Assembly (NCBI RefSeq): GCF_009914755.1
Contig: NC_060928.1
DNA from: the human T2T-CHM13v2.0 reference genome, Homo sapiens
Length of the DNA stretch: 64,000 nt
Direction: 5' to 3' (one strand)
A program made the translations under genes and the position numbers. This document shows, piece after piece, positions 1 to 14,152 of this stretch. How positions within the stretch are numbered: the first letter of the stretch is position 1; the number at the start of each line of letters is the position of its first letter. The notes under the pieces are model-generated. The model saw only the letters and a list, made by a program, of their open reading frames with translations, was not told the DNA's origin and did no database searches.

Positions 1-3000
1 GGAAAGTAGATAAGGAATCCCATTTAGGCTAGAAGACTGGCAAGGTGGTCATACCTGAAATGAATGGCCATTTGGTTCAGACTGATTCGGTGGATGTCTG
101 GCTAGTGGGTAAGCAGTGTATGGGTCTTGAGATATTCTGAGTCTGTAAACATTGGGCTCATTGTGTTTCAGTAGAAACAGAGGAGGCTTGTGTCTTAATG
201 TTCCTAGGGCTATATCAGACTGACTAAAGAATCTTGAGGAAATTTGCTACACCCCCAACTTCCTCATCTGTTAAAGAAGGCTAATATTGCTGTAGAAGTA
301 GTTTGAAACTTGTAAAAGCAGTTTGAAGTGTAAAGGAAAAGTGATATCTAAATGTAAGTGTTATGGTTTTCAAATGTATTATTTTGGTATTTTGAGTGCT
401 AAAAGGAGCTTCTCAGAGAAGTCTTTCTCTTCCATAAAACCAATCAGAAACGTTCAATTTTTGCACACAGGAACAGGCAGCTACAACTGGGAAAATGATT
501 CTGTGATTCCACACATTTCTTTGACAAGTCACAAATGGGTTTTAGTGACCAGCTGCAGCTTGTGTGTTAAATTCAAATAATTCATTCTTGGCACAGTTAT
601 TTTTCACATTCCCTTGCATTAGAAAAAAAATTATGCTGCCTACCATTACATATTGTAAAAACGGTAGCTTCTATCTTATCTATTTGGAGAGGATATTGCA
701 TGCTAAATGCATAAAATAAAAATGTCAATGAATTCACCAATATGTTTCTCCTTTAATCAGTTGGAGCAAACCTTCTTTGGATCTTTAGTCAGGTCTGCTA
801 AGACCTTCAGGGAATTTTCTTATCTCATAAACTACAGGAAATGCAAAGTGGAGATGATTGTTGACTACTTTTTAGGTACTCAGATGAAAACTAGCTTTTA
901 GAGCTTGGATTGATCTGGAATTCTTGCTCCGACCCAAGGGTCTGGACCCAGTAACAATAAAACAGACCATCAATCTGCTTAGTACACTTCTGGTTTTCAG
1001 GAGGAAAGTTTTCCCTTCAAAGCAAAGGATCTTCTCACATTGGGGTGAATTATTGTGTTGAAGGTACTAGTTTATCTACTGGCATCCTGAAATCTACTCA
1101 AACAAGGAATGCATTTCAAAATTCATTTTATCGCTATGCTTTTTTTTAAGTCCACAATCATGTAAATTCATTGTAAGTGGGAAAAAAAGTATATTCGGGA
1201 AGAGAGATGTCTCAAGATTATTATAATATAATAATGATTAATATTATCACACTGGAGGTGATTTGATGGAAAAGATCCTTAGGTGTTTGCACTTAGTCCC
1301 TGACTAAATCAACATAGAATTTCTACTGACCTAATTAATCTTAAATTAAGCATGTCTACTGTTTACTGTGATTACCTCATCAGACAAGCTGTTTCAGCAT
1401 CTGTTTTTCCTCATGGTGAAAAAGGTTCTCTTTTACTTCAAAAATGAGTTTTCCTCCTTTAAAGCTCACTTGTTTGGGTATTTCTATCCAAAATAAATAC
1501 TTCTTTCTCACCTATTAGCTGTTTAAGACTGAGTTATGTCTTCAGATGCATGTACAGGGCTCTCAGTGCAGACATTTGACTTCAGTGGGAGCTATGAGTC
1601 TTTGAGGGCCTGATTTGCCCCTGTTTGTGCTCAGTATATAAGTATTTAGGTAATGTTTTCATTTCCTGACCCACTCAATATCATTTTTTGGCAAAATGAA
1701 TTCACTTCCCTCACATTTTCCCCATCTGTTATATTCTTAAGTCTGTTTATAACTTTGCTTACTTTTCTTTGATCATTTTTAGTCTGGATGTCATTTTTCA
1801 ATGACAATGCATGCATGCACGTGCGTGCACACACATAAACCAAAAGAATACATGGAATTTGTATTCCTTTATACAAAGTATGTACAAAGTACCTAGTACA
1901 GCATTTAACTTTACATATAAGATATGCAACATGTATAGATTTATCTTTACACACATCTCTATGGTGACAAAATGGGTTGATATTTTGCTTTTAAAAATAG
2001 AGACATAAAGTTGTCTATTTCTTAATATTATGGGAAAGAACCTGCTATGGTAGAGAACTGAGTCCTCATTTTTCTTCTCTGGGTCTAATTCCGGCGTGTA
2101 ACCTAGATGGAAAGATTTTCAGTTTTTAGTTTTTCTTTTGATTAATCCATATTTGTTTTCTCTTTGTTCCCAAACAGTATGTTTCGAAAGCATGACTAGC
2201 TAACCATCTTGAAAGATGTTAACATTCAAGAAAACATCAGACTGGGTATCAGGCATCTGTGGACTCATTCTGGATTCCAGATGGGTGTTTGAGACACAAC
2301 AAATGAAAAGCCCTATTTTAATACATTTGCCTGCTCTTGTTTTTTCACTTGACTTCCCAATCTAATTTCTTTGCTGCCAAGGGTTCTCACTCATATCACC
2401 ATTTAAAATTTAAAAGCAATATATATTTAAATGCGAAACAAAATGCTTATATGGAGACTCTGCCACAGTGGAAAATATGACAGTGGGTTTCATTTCAAAG
2501 AGTTCTGGATGATCTCCCGAGTGGTAGAGCCAGAGGTAAGAAATGTTAGATCATTCCAAATGGCTGGAAACAAAACAAATATTATTCCCTGTCTGATCAT
2601 GGTCTGTATCTTTCCACATTAGGGAAATTTTGTTTTTATTCATTTGCTCTTTGTCATCTTCCTTTTGGGTGACCATGGTTGTTGTGAATAGCACAGAGAG
2701 CAACTTCCAAATTTATTTTAACAGTAGGAGAGGTTATAAGTCACCCATTCTCACATTTTGAGAAAACGGAAAAATCCTATTAGTAATGTATATGCATCTT
2801 AGGTTTTACTTAAAAAGTCTCCCTCTTGATTTAAAACACCCTTCTTAAATTGTACTGTTCTCTGGAATGATAATAGAATTGGAAAATTTCCACTCAACAT
2901 CCCATTTTATCAATCCACTCAGGAACACCCTGATAGAGTGATCAGTTACATGGAACTTACTGCTTGCACAACCTTCTGCCACCAAGGCTCACAATGAAGC

Positions 3001-4214
3001 AAAAATGTGAAAAGCTCAATATAAATGAAAAATATTTTATATGATACTGTATGCATACTTACCAAGAATGTTTATATGTTTTGTAATAATAATTTGTAGA
3101 ATATACAAATAAGTTTGTGTCTGGAGTCAATAGTCAAAAGTGTGCTTGGAGAGCAAATAGCAAGTTATTCTGGCAGTGAAATAGGGCAATGGACTACAAA
3201 AGGTATAACTTCAAATGTATCTTTTCCAACTGCTTTTGTCTTTGTTTTGTTTTGTGTACCTTCAAAAAATTAGTCTGCTCTTTCCTATGGAAGCAGCACT
3301 AGTAGTTATATGAAATAAATCTACTTGTCTGGCATATATTTTTTCCCCTCTTAGAAATGTCAAAACTGATATAGTGTGATGTGTATGAGTGTGGAGTATG
3401 TGTCATGTGGGAACCCACACAGTGTGCAAGTGCCATCTACATTCCTGAAAAATTACGTATATGTGAATAAATAAAAATGAAATCATATTTTAAATGTTCC
3501 ATGGAAATCCAATGTAACGTAACTCCTCTGGTAATTACTTTTAAGTGAAACATAAAATAATGTAGTTTGTCCTACATACAGATATACTGAATTTATACAT
3601 GAAAAAATGTTTTGAACACTGTATTTTCTGTAATTACTTATAGCCTTCTAGAAATATTGATATACTTTGAAAGTAGAAAATTGAAAGAAATATAGAATAT
3701 TTGACATAACCTTCTGCAGCTTTCTGGGCTGATGGTAAAAATGAGGATAATGAACATGAAGCCCAGCAGCCTCTGAAAGAACAGTAATGTGCTCACCTTT
3801 CCCTTTCTTTCTCCTTTGTCTATCTCATGGCTTCTGTCTTTGTATCATTTTGGCAAAAAAGAGTGTAGTTTTTGATATTAGTCAACCTCTACTGGGGAAA
3901 GGGCCTCCTGGGAGAGCCAAGCAATCTAATTCAGGCAAGAGAGAAGAAATCAGTAATCCCTTAACTTTGTGGCTGAAATAATCTATGTAGGTGCTAGAAT
4001 TTCTTTGAGATCATAACTTCATGATGTGGAGGCCTGTTCTATAGAAATTGGACAGTGGCTGCCAGCATAAGTCAGGCATAATGTAACCTTGTTCTAGTTA
4101 TTCAGCTTCTCCGTACCATCCAAACACATAAACCAAAAGAATCACTTTTATTGTATTACTTAGAAGCCCTAAGATACTGTCAAGATGTTTTATGTTGAGT
4201 CAAATGCATATGAG

Positions 4215-5390
4215 TGACCATATTTTTTTTAAAAAGGAATCTTGACCCTTACCTCACACCATATGTAATTAATTCAAAAGGGAACATAGACATAAATGTT
4301 AAAATTTTAGAAGAAAACATAAGATGAAATCCTAGAGACCTTGGATTTGGCAAAGATTTTAAAAATATGACATAAAAATCTGCACTTCACCAAAATTAAA
4401 GACTTTAATGTTTTCTGCAAATCATATATCCAACTGAGAACTTAAATACATAATATATAAAAAAATTTGCAACTTTTTCTAGCTTTTTTTTAGCTTTGGG
4501 GTACATATGAAGGTTTCTTACATAGGTAAACTCATATCAGGGATGTTGAACATTTACAACTTTAATAGTGATAAGATAAAATGATCCATTAAAAAAGTGG
4601 GCATAAGATTTGAAGAGGAACTTTTGCAAAATAAAAAGACATGCGGATGCCAAATAACTACATGAAAAGATACTCAACATCATTAACCATTAGAAAAATA
4701 CATATTAAAACTATGAGATATCATTGTACTATCACTAGAAAGGCTAAAACTTTAAGAACTGACTTTTACAGTGTTTGAACCCTGATATACTGCTGGTTGG
4801 AATGTAAAATAGTATAACCACCCTAGAAAATAGTTTGGCAACTTTTTAAAAAAAGTTAAACATACGCTTATGCAGCTGAGCCATTCCATTACTGGATGGA
4901 TATTCACCCAAGAGAAATGAAAGCATGTTTCCATACAAAGATTTAAACACAGATGTTTATGGCAGCTTTATTTGTAATAGTGAAAAGCTAGAAACAATTC
5001 TAATGTCCTTCAATGAGACAATGAAATACAGCTCAGCAATAAAAAGGAATGAACTATTAATATATTCAAAGTCAAAATAGCTATGCTAAATGAAGTCAAA
5101 TTTTTAAAAAGTACTTACTGTATATCATTTACATAAATTTCTAGAAAATGCAAAACCACTCTACAGTGACAACGGTAGATCAGTGGCTGCCTGGGATGAG
5201 AATGGGGAAGAGGGACCTTTGGGAGGGATTACAAAACAGCACAAAGAAACTTTTGGGGGTTACAGTTATATTCGTTATCTTGAATGTAGCAATGGTTTCA
5301 CAGGCGTATCCAAATGCCAAAACTCATTAAGTTGTACATTTGAATATATAGTTCATTGTATGTCAATTATACCTTAATAAAGCTGAAAAA
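4215..5390 (+). mobile_element. Old L1M (L1MC/L1ME-type) ORF2 3' part and 3'UTR
   Basis: Degenerate L1 ORF2 3' motifs (gacccttacctcacaccatat, catgaaaagatactcaacatcatta), ending taccttaataaagctgaaaaa. A short minus-strand L1P tail fragment is nested at ~4480-4548. Confidence 0.8.
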
Positions 5391-6089
5391 CCTAAGTGTA
5401 ATCTGAAAAACAATCCTCTTTTGTTCATTAATTACCATTAGCACAAGCTTTGGAATAAATGGTGAGTTTTTTTGTTTTTTTTTTTTTACTTTGGAATATT
5501 ATTTCTCAAGCAGTATGCCTCTAAGCAGGATATTGCATGATAGTTGTGATTATTAGTTTGGCAAAACACTCAAATAAAGTTTAACTGTGTAGCAGAATTC
5601 TAATTACTAATATTCATTGAGATATAGAAAAGTTAATTCACTTTAATCATTTCACAACATATGAATATGTCAGAACATCACATACTCCATAAACAAATAA
5701 ACATATATATGTATAATTGTTGATTTTAAGAAATGAAGAAATTTCAAGATGAATTTTTACATTCATCTAAGTTTTTCGTTTTACAAGTATATGAATCTAG
5801 ATATCTATGAAAGAAGCTGCTAGATTCCATGGAGCATATGTTCATTTGTGGTTTTAAATGACAACATTTTGTTAGCTGAACATTGTCCTAAAGCAATGAT
5901 TCCTATTTACCAGTCTGAACCCCTGAATACATTAGAGTCACTAGAAGGTTTTACAATAATATAGTCTTGCACCTTTCTCTTCCTCTTCTTCCTTGCATAG
6001 TTTAATCCAAAAGCTACGAAATTGAGCCAAGAAGGTAGGCATTAGGAGGGGGAACCTTAGTAATCTAGAATGTCTGTAAGGAGCAAATC

Positions 6090-6640
6090 AGTACCACGTG
6101 TCGCCTGATGGAATGCAATGAGAAATACACAGCATCAATTCTGTGCTATTACTACCATAGATGTATAACCTGAATTGAATAAAAAAGCACCATCAGACAC
6201 ACCTAAACAGAGGGCATTTTATAAAACTAACTGGCCTGTAATCAGCAAGTATTAAAATCATGAAAGTCAGGCAAATAAGAAGGAAGTCCCAGATTGAAGA
6301 ACACTAAAGAGACACAATGACTCAAGGCTAAGCTCTAAAGGACATTATTGGGACAATTGGTGAAACTTGAAGGGGGTCTGAGAATTAGATAATAATAAGG
6401 AACTAATGGTACTTTCTCAATGTTTATGTTTGTTTTGTGATTATGCAATGTTTATGTTTGTTCATGTGATTATGTGAAGATGCCCTCATGTGTAGGAAAT
6501 ACACACTAAATATTTAGAGGTAATGATGGGGCATCACATCAGAAACTTATTCTCAAATGGTTCAGATTTTTAAAAGTCCTTTATGCTGTACTTGCAATTT
6601 TTCTGTAAGTTTGAGATTCTTTCAATTGTTTAAAAGAATT
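6090..6640 (+). mobile_element. L1MC4/5-type 3'UTR fragment
   Basis: gatggaatgcaatgagaa...ggacattattgggacaattggtgaaacttga...cttgcaatttttctgtaagtttgag, typical of L1MC/ME 3' ends. Confidence 0.7.
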
Positions 6641-6912
6641 TAAAGGCATATCCCTGGGGAAAAACAGGACACATTAAAATTAAATTCATGCCATAAATAA
6701 GGTCAATTCTTTATCATTAAAAAAGTAACTATATAAAAGTAAAATGAAAAGCATTTATCTTCCTATAAAACTGCAAACCAAAAATCACACTAGAAACATA
6801 CTGAAACATAACCTTCAAACTTAATTTCCTGAAACAAAGTGAGTGGTACATCTTCACTGCCTATAAGTCTTTCAACTTCTCCAGCTTATTTTTTAATAGT
6901 CTATTTGACTAG

Positions 6913-7477
6913 TGTTAGGTTTAGGGTTAGGTTCCAGCCCCCGCTGAGGTTTGAGGGGAGTGGGTGGAGGAATGGGCAGATAGCTGAGAGAACACTCGGG
7001 GGGCCATAAGCAGGTAAAATGTAGCTTTATTCAGCAGCTCTCTCATTAGCGCCTTACCTACACTAGCTCTCTCACACTGGTCACCTTTATCTCAGCTGTC
7101 TGCTCCAGCTCTGAGGTTCCTCTCAACAGCCAGCTCAGCTCTCCCTTCAGGGTCAGCAGCTTAACTCTTTCTCTCTAGGCACAAGTGAGCTGAGCTGTGT
7201 TCTGGCTTCCTCCTGTCTGTCTACAAGACAGACAGCTTTGGTTCTCTCTCTTTCTCTGGGTGCGAGCGCCATGTCAAACCATGCCCAAGAGCCCATACAG
7301 TGTCAGCAGGGCAGTTATACCTTCTACAGACAATAGTGGCTCAGAGCCGAGTATGAGTTTATACAAACAGGTTATATAACAAGTGGAGTATGCACCTGCG
7401 CCTAAACTCACAGTCATGCAGGCCTGGATGTCTGCCTTGGCCTAATTCTTGACCAAAGCACATCCATGTACCTTACA
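6913..7477 (-). mobile_element. Solo LTR, LTR18-type (ERVL)
   Basis: TG...CA termini; minus strand starts tgtaaggtacatggatgtgctttggtcaag (LTR18 5' end); near-perfect 5-bp TSD actag 6908-6912 / agtag 7478-7482. Confidence 0.75.
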
Positions 7478-8222
7478 AGTAGCAGAAAAGGAAGGTCATG
7501 ATTTATAATGTTTTAGACTCACTGGAGGATATATCAGACATTTAATATATAATACACTAAAAGATTATACATATATATATCTATATATATAAAATATGTT
7601 ATCATATAAGAATCATAGATGTCAAATAATCTTTATTTAAAGAGCACAGTATTCCATCATTAGTTGTTGGATGCAGCTGGAACTTAATTGACAATTAGGC
7701 TTTTGGTGTCAGGTTCATAACTAGAAATCTGCTGGGTTCCTTGCAGCAAACTCTCTAAAACACAAAGCACAGTTGAGGATCTGTTTTTAAAAATGCAGCC
7801 AAGCTAGTGCCATACAGACCAACAAAATTAATCAGTGGAATATAACTAGATTATTACACTGAATCTAGTCAAGTCTATTGCATCTCTACCTATAATCTAA
7901 GATCCCAACATCTGCTCTCCCTTCTGGGCCCACATATACCCTGCCAGTTGAAAGACAGTCATTAACAGATCCTAAACTCTCCTATATTCTTCTAAAACTA
8001 AATTGGAAAGTTACACAACCAGATGTGTGTTGATCAATACAGGGTGATAGAGTAGGTAGTTATTAAAGATTAATAAAAGAAAAAGGCAATTGAAGATGGT
8101 TTCTGTGTTTGTTAATTGTTGAACATATCACTCATAATATTGATGATTCAGGTACCAAATATATGTTAGGATAAGAGTAATTATATAATTCTCTTTAAGG
8201 ACTAGTAGAGCTTCCAGTCAGA

Positions 8223-8253
8223 CAAAACAAAACAAAACAAAACAAAACAAAAC
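8223..8253 (+). repeat. (CAAAA)n microsatellite
   Basis: About six caaaa units read directly. Confidence 0.95.
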
Positions 8254-8269
8254 TAATGATCTTAAAAAT

Positions 8270-8940
<671 letters not shown>

Positions 8941-10063
8941 ATGTAGTGTAATTTTATTTTCCTTTTCGTCTTTGCTTCCAGCAAGTTCAAAGGCTGATTT
9001 TTAATAGCCAATCACACATGACTAGGAGGAAAATCATGTTAGCATACTCTCTACCTTCTATATTTATTTTAATTATTTCTAATTTAATGACAGTATACAT
9101 TTGTCATGTTATAATGGCCCTCCCTTTTTTAAAAGGTGTATTGTAAATGTACATATATATACAGTCACCCTGGCATATAACAAAAATGAATAGACTTCTA
9201 AAAGGTACATTTAACAATTCGGGGAAAAAAAAACCTTCAAAAATCTTGACTTGTTATCACTCTCAGTTACTTACAAAAGTCTATTTGAATAGTGTAAAGA
9301 TAAATTCCTCTCCTGATTTTAGTCATTACATCAAAAATGTATTCTCTTTTGAAGAATGCAGCATTGCTTAAGTGGAATATTTACTTGAGAATAATATATA
9401 TGAATTGAAGTGTTTGATTGTGGTTAGAAAAGTTATTCTACAGAATCTCAAACTCTCTCTGCTTATATAACATTAAAGTTGTCTGAGGATGCATGACTAA
9501 TGTAAAATGAGAAAATATGAAATTCTTGAAGTTATCACTGTTCATACTTAAAGAGAAATTTTTATTTCAAACAATCCTTGGAACTACTCTGATATATGGG
9601 GTAGACGTGGACTAAGTGAGAGAAGGTTTGCAATTCTGTCTCCAACTCACATTTGTCAAATAGCTTTGTCTTGGTATTTACAATTTTCTCAGTAGATGTG
9701 AAAACTCAGTTGCCATAGCACCAAGGAATGTTGAGGGTTGACTGAATAAGACCTTCCCTTTGCTCAGGATGAACAGTGTGGGCAGCATTTGGTATAAAAC
9801 GTATTTCACAAATTCCTAGTTCAGGAAAAGCTGCTGCATAGAAGCTGCTATTTCCTTAAGAATGCTTACAAAACTACTGCCCTCTCCATTCCTAGTTTTC
9901 CCCCTATTTTCTAACCATTTTTATTACCTTGTGAAGAATAACTTCAACGTCTATTGTATAACCCCACACAATAGCTCTTAAAAACTATGGCAAATTATAT
10001 TTCTACCTCCAAAGTTCACCTCCACAATTTTTCAAAGAGAAAAAAATTGTTTTTAAATTACAG

Positions 10064-10133
10064 ATTAATCATCAAACTTCTTCAGTCATTTGTTTCTCTT
10101 GATGCTGAGAGAGAACAGTGTATTTTTCACGAG
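10064..10133 (+). other. Candidate 70-nt spliced exon (host unknown)
   Basis: tgtttttaaattacAG acceptor and GAG|GTAAGT consensus donor in non-repeat DNA; one open frame LIIKLLQSFVSLDAEREQCIFHE. Peptide not recognised. Confidence 0.35.
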
Positions 10134-10974
10134 GTAAGTAGTTTACTGTAGCAAGTACTGCTACTGTAGCAGAAAACCCTTCAGCTGTGCTGTTTTATAA
10201 TGCAAATATGCGGCATGGCCCTTGAGTAAAGGAATCAACATTTACGTCTATTCTGTAAGTTTATATGTTCAGTCTCCTCATAAAAAGAGAAACGCACTGA
10301 AATAAAATTTCTTACCTATCAGGTTGGCAAAAATGTAAAAGTTTGACACCAGACTCTGTTAATGAGGCTGTAGGAAAAATGGCACCTCATACATTGATGG
10401 TAGACTGGATTATAGACATTAAGATTTTTTTTTTTTTGGTCAAAAGAAGTAGGCTTTTGTCTGTAATATTTGATGTAAACATTTTTCTCAGGTTCCCATT
10501 TGTCTTTCAATTTCGTTTCTGGTAGCATTTTCCCAACAAAAGATTCTGAGTTTTATGCAGTTGAAGTCATTCCCTCTTTTGTGTGTGTATGTGTGTGTGT
10601 AGGAGAGGGTGGTGGCTTTGAGGATTTGTGTCACTCTTTGACAGGCCTTCCTCATTGTGACAATAACAACAAAAGCACCTCTGGTTTCTTCTAGTTTTAT
10701 AACTGTTTCATTTTTAATACTTAAATATTTCAGCCATCTGGTTTTATTTTGATGCAAAGTATTGGGAATTCAATTTTATTTTTCTTTCTTGGTAGAAATC
10801 TTTTTGTAATCCATTTCTTCTAATTTAAAATGTCTTCAAAATATATGAAATTCCTATATGTGCTTGTGTCTATTCGGGAAACTTTCTATTGCATTTCATT
10901 GATCTTTCTGTTCACGAATTAGTACCACACTTTTAAATTATTATAGCTTCATAATATATTTTAATGTCTATAAA

Positions 10975-12908
10975 ACTTAAAAAGAACAAAGCTGGAGGCA
11001 TCATGCTACCTGACTTCAAACCACGCTAGAAGGCTATATATAGTAACCTAAACAGCATGATACTGCTACAAAAATAGACACATAGAGCACTGGAACAAAA
11101 CAAAAAACTTAAGAAATAATGCTGCACACTTATCACTTTCTGATCTTTGACAAGACCAACAAAGGCAATCAATGAGGAAAGGACTCTCTAATAAATAGTG
11201 ATGGAATAACTGGCTAGCCATATGCAGAAGAATGAAACTGGACCCTTACCTTTCACTATGTATAAAACTAACTCAAGATGGAATAAAGATTTAAGTGTAA
11301 GACCTGAAACTATAAAACCCTAGAAGAAAACCTGCAAAATAGGTTTTCCTTGGTTTGGGGGGCCTTAGCCAATAATTATTTGCCAAGGCTGATCCTTCTC
11401 AGCGTCAGCCTTGGCAAACAATTATTGACTAAGTCCCCCAAAGCAACTGTAACAAAAACAAAAATTAACAAGTGGGACCCAGTTAAACAAAAGAGCTTCT
11501 GTACAGCAAAATAAACTATCAACAGAGTAAAATATGCAACCTACAGGATGGGAGAAAATATTCACCAACTATGCATCTGAATGCATAGTTTATATCCAGA
11601 ATCCATAAGGTCTAATATCTAGAATCTATAAGGAACTTAACAAGCAAAAAGCAAATAACCCCATTTAAAAATGGGCAAAGAACATGAACACACACTTCTT
11701 AAGAGAAGACATATAAGTGGCCAACAGACATGAAAAAATGCTCAGCATCACTAATTATCAGAGAAATGCAAATCAAAACCACAGTGAGATACTATCTCAC
11801 ACTAGTCAGAACGGCTATTTTTAAAAAGTCAACAAACAATACATGCTGGTGAGGTTGTAGAGAAAAGGGAATGCTTATATACTGTTGGTGGGAATGTAAA
11901 TTAGTTAAGCCACTGTGAAAAGCAGTTTGGAGATTTCTCAAAGAACTTAAAACCATTTGACCTAGCAAGCCCATTATTGGGTACATATCCAAAGAAATAT
12001 AAATCATTCTACCATAAAGACACATGCATGCATATGTTCACTATCATGCAATTCACAATAGCAAAGACACAGAATCAACCTAGGTGCCCATTAGTGGTGG
12101 ATTAGATAAATGAGGTACATATGTACCATTGAATACTACACAGCCACGAAAAAGAATGAAATCATATCCTTCACAGCAACACAGATGGAGCTGGAGACCG
12201 TAATCCTAAGATAATTATCACAATGTGATGGTTAATACTGAGTGTCAACTTGATTGGATTGAAGGATACAAAGTATTAATCCTAGGTGCATCTGTGAGGG
12301 TGTTGCCAAAGGAGATTAACATTTGAGTCAGTGGCCTGGGGAAGGCCGACTTGCCCTTAATCTGGTGGGCACAATCTAATCAGCTGCCAGCAAATATAAA
12401 GCAGGTAGAAAAACCTGAAAGGCGAAGGCAGAAAAACGTGAAAGGTGAGGCTGGCCTAGCCTTCCAGCCTACATCGTTCTCCCATGCTGGATGTTTCCTG
12501 CCCTCGAACATCGGACTCCAAGTTCTTCAGTTTTGAGACTCAGACTGGCTCTCTTTTCTCCTCAGGCTTGCAGACAGCCTACATGGGACCTTGTGATCGT
12601 GTAAGTTAGTACTTAATAAACTCCTTTATATATCTATCCTATTACTTCTCTTCCTCTGGAGAACCCTGACTAATACACATAGGAACAGAAAACCAAATAC
12701 ATATTCTCCATTACAAGTAGGAGCTAAACACAGAGCACACATGGACATGAACATGGGAACAACAGTTACTGCAGACTACAAGAGTGGGGAGGAGGTAAGG
12801 AATGACTGAAAAACTTCCTGTTGGGTATTATTCTCACTATCCGGTACATGTAACAAATTTGCACATGTACCTACTGTACCTAAAATAAAAGTTGAATTTT
12901 TAAAAATA
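10975..12908 (+). mobile_element. L1PB-type 3' ORF2 and 3'UTR (5' truncated), interrupted by MLT2A1
   Basis: aagaacaaagctggaggcatcatgctacctgacttcaaa...acatgtacctactgtacctaaaataaaagttg. Confidence 0.85.
12224..12677 (+). mobile_element. MLT2A1 solo LTR (ERVL)
   Basis: tgtgatggttaatactgagtgtcaacttgattggattgaagg...gaaccctgactaataca; TG..CA ends, TATAAA 12395-12400, AATAAA ~12615. Confidence 0.9.
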
Positions 12909-13513
12909 AATTAGTTCCCTCTTGTTGCTATTATTTCTCAGAGGTTTTCTGAATGGCCTAATTTTTCCCATGTAAAAGCAATGTATCTTATTACAAATAA
13001 AACTCCATTAGTATTGTAATTGGAATTACATTTAATTTAACTCTTAAACGTAAGAAGCTTTCCATTTTGTCTTCTTTGATCATTTTAAATTTTTCTTCAT
13101 GTAAATTTTGCACATATCTTGCTAAGGTTATTTCCTCATCTTTCTTGTTGCTAAGGTATCTATCCATTTTGGTGAAAAATTCAATAATTACGTTCCACTG
13201 GGTTAATACAGTGTATGCTTTTCATTTGATAAACCTAGACAGATAGTATCTGAAAGGCTTGTCAGCCTAAATAGTCTGTGGCTTTTCTCTTTTCATAAAT
13301 TTGAACAACATATCTCATATAAAATACCTCTGTTCTGTTAAATAGTAATATATTTAATCCATACATTAACTATCAATGTGAATTCTACATTTTCCCCCAA
13401 CTGAGGTGTCAATAAATTATTTTAAAATCCTTTTATTCTTTGAATGAATGAAATGACTGCCTTGGTATATGAACGTAAAATGAGTCCCAAATTTTAAAAA
13501 ATTGAGGCTGGCA

Positions 13514-13810
<297 letters not shown>

Positions 13811-14152
13811 TAAAAAATTGAGACTGGCAAAAATAAGAAACTGTATGATCCTGGTACTTAAGTTTCAGCACATATGGAAACAGCATGCAGGGAAAGGAAA
13901 ATAAGAGCTATAGTAGATCCTGTAACTACCTTCATAGGATGCTATATGAAAAAACTCCTTAATAATAGAATGGTGGTTTGAATAGAAGAGTGCTAGATTA
14001 TCTTAACATAATCTTTCTCATTCATAAAAAAATCATGATTGTGGAAAATATACATCTTATATATTCCTTTTCATGATGGACATACTTAAAGGGACTAAGG
14101 AAATACTATAGCCCTCAAATAACTGTATAATTCAGTAATATAGAAATTAATG

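Larger units (their letters stand above)
10450..13160 (-). mobile_element. Old L1ME fragment (minus), split by the L1PB insertion
   Basis: T-rich antisense L1 ORF2 motifs at 10450-10970 (agtaccacacttttaaattattatagctt) resume at ~12915-13160. Confidence 0.55.

Noticed and set aside
2431-2541. GAG|GTAAGA donor after a short ORF
   Set aside because: No convincing acceptor or promoter; the frame needed to join the 10064 candidate contains a stop.
6915-6933. Telomere-like ttaggtttagggttaggtt
   Set aside because: Only one perfect TTAGGG, lying at the LTR18 terminus; not an interstitial telomere array.
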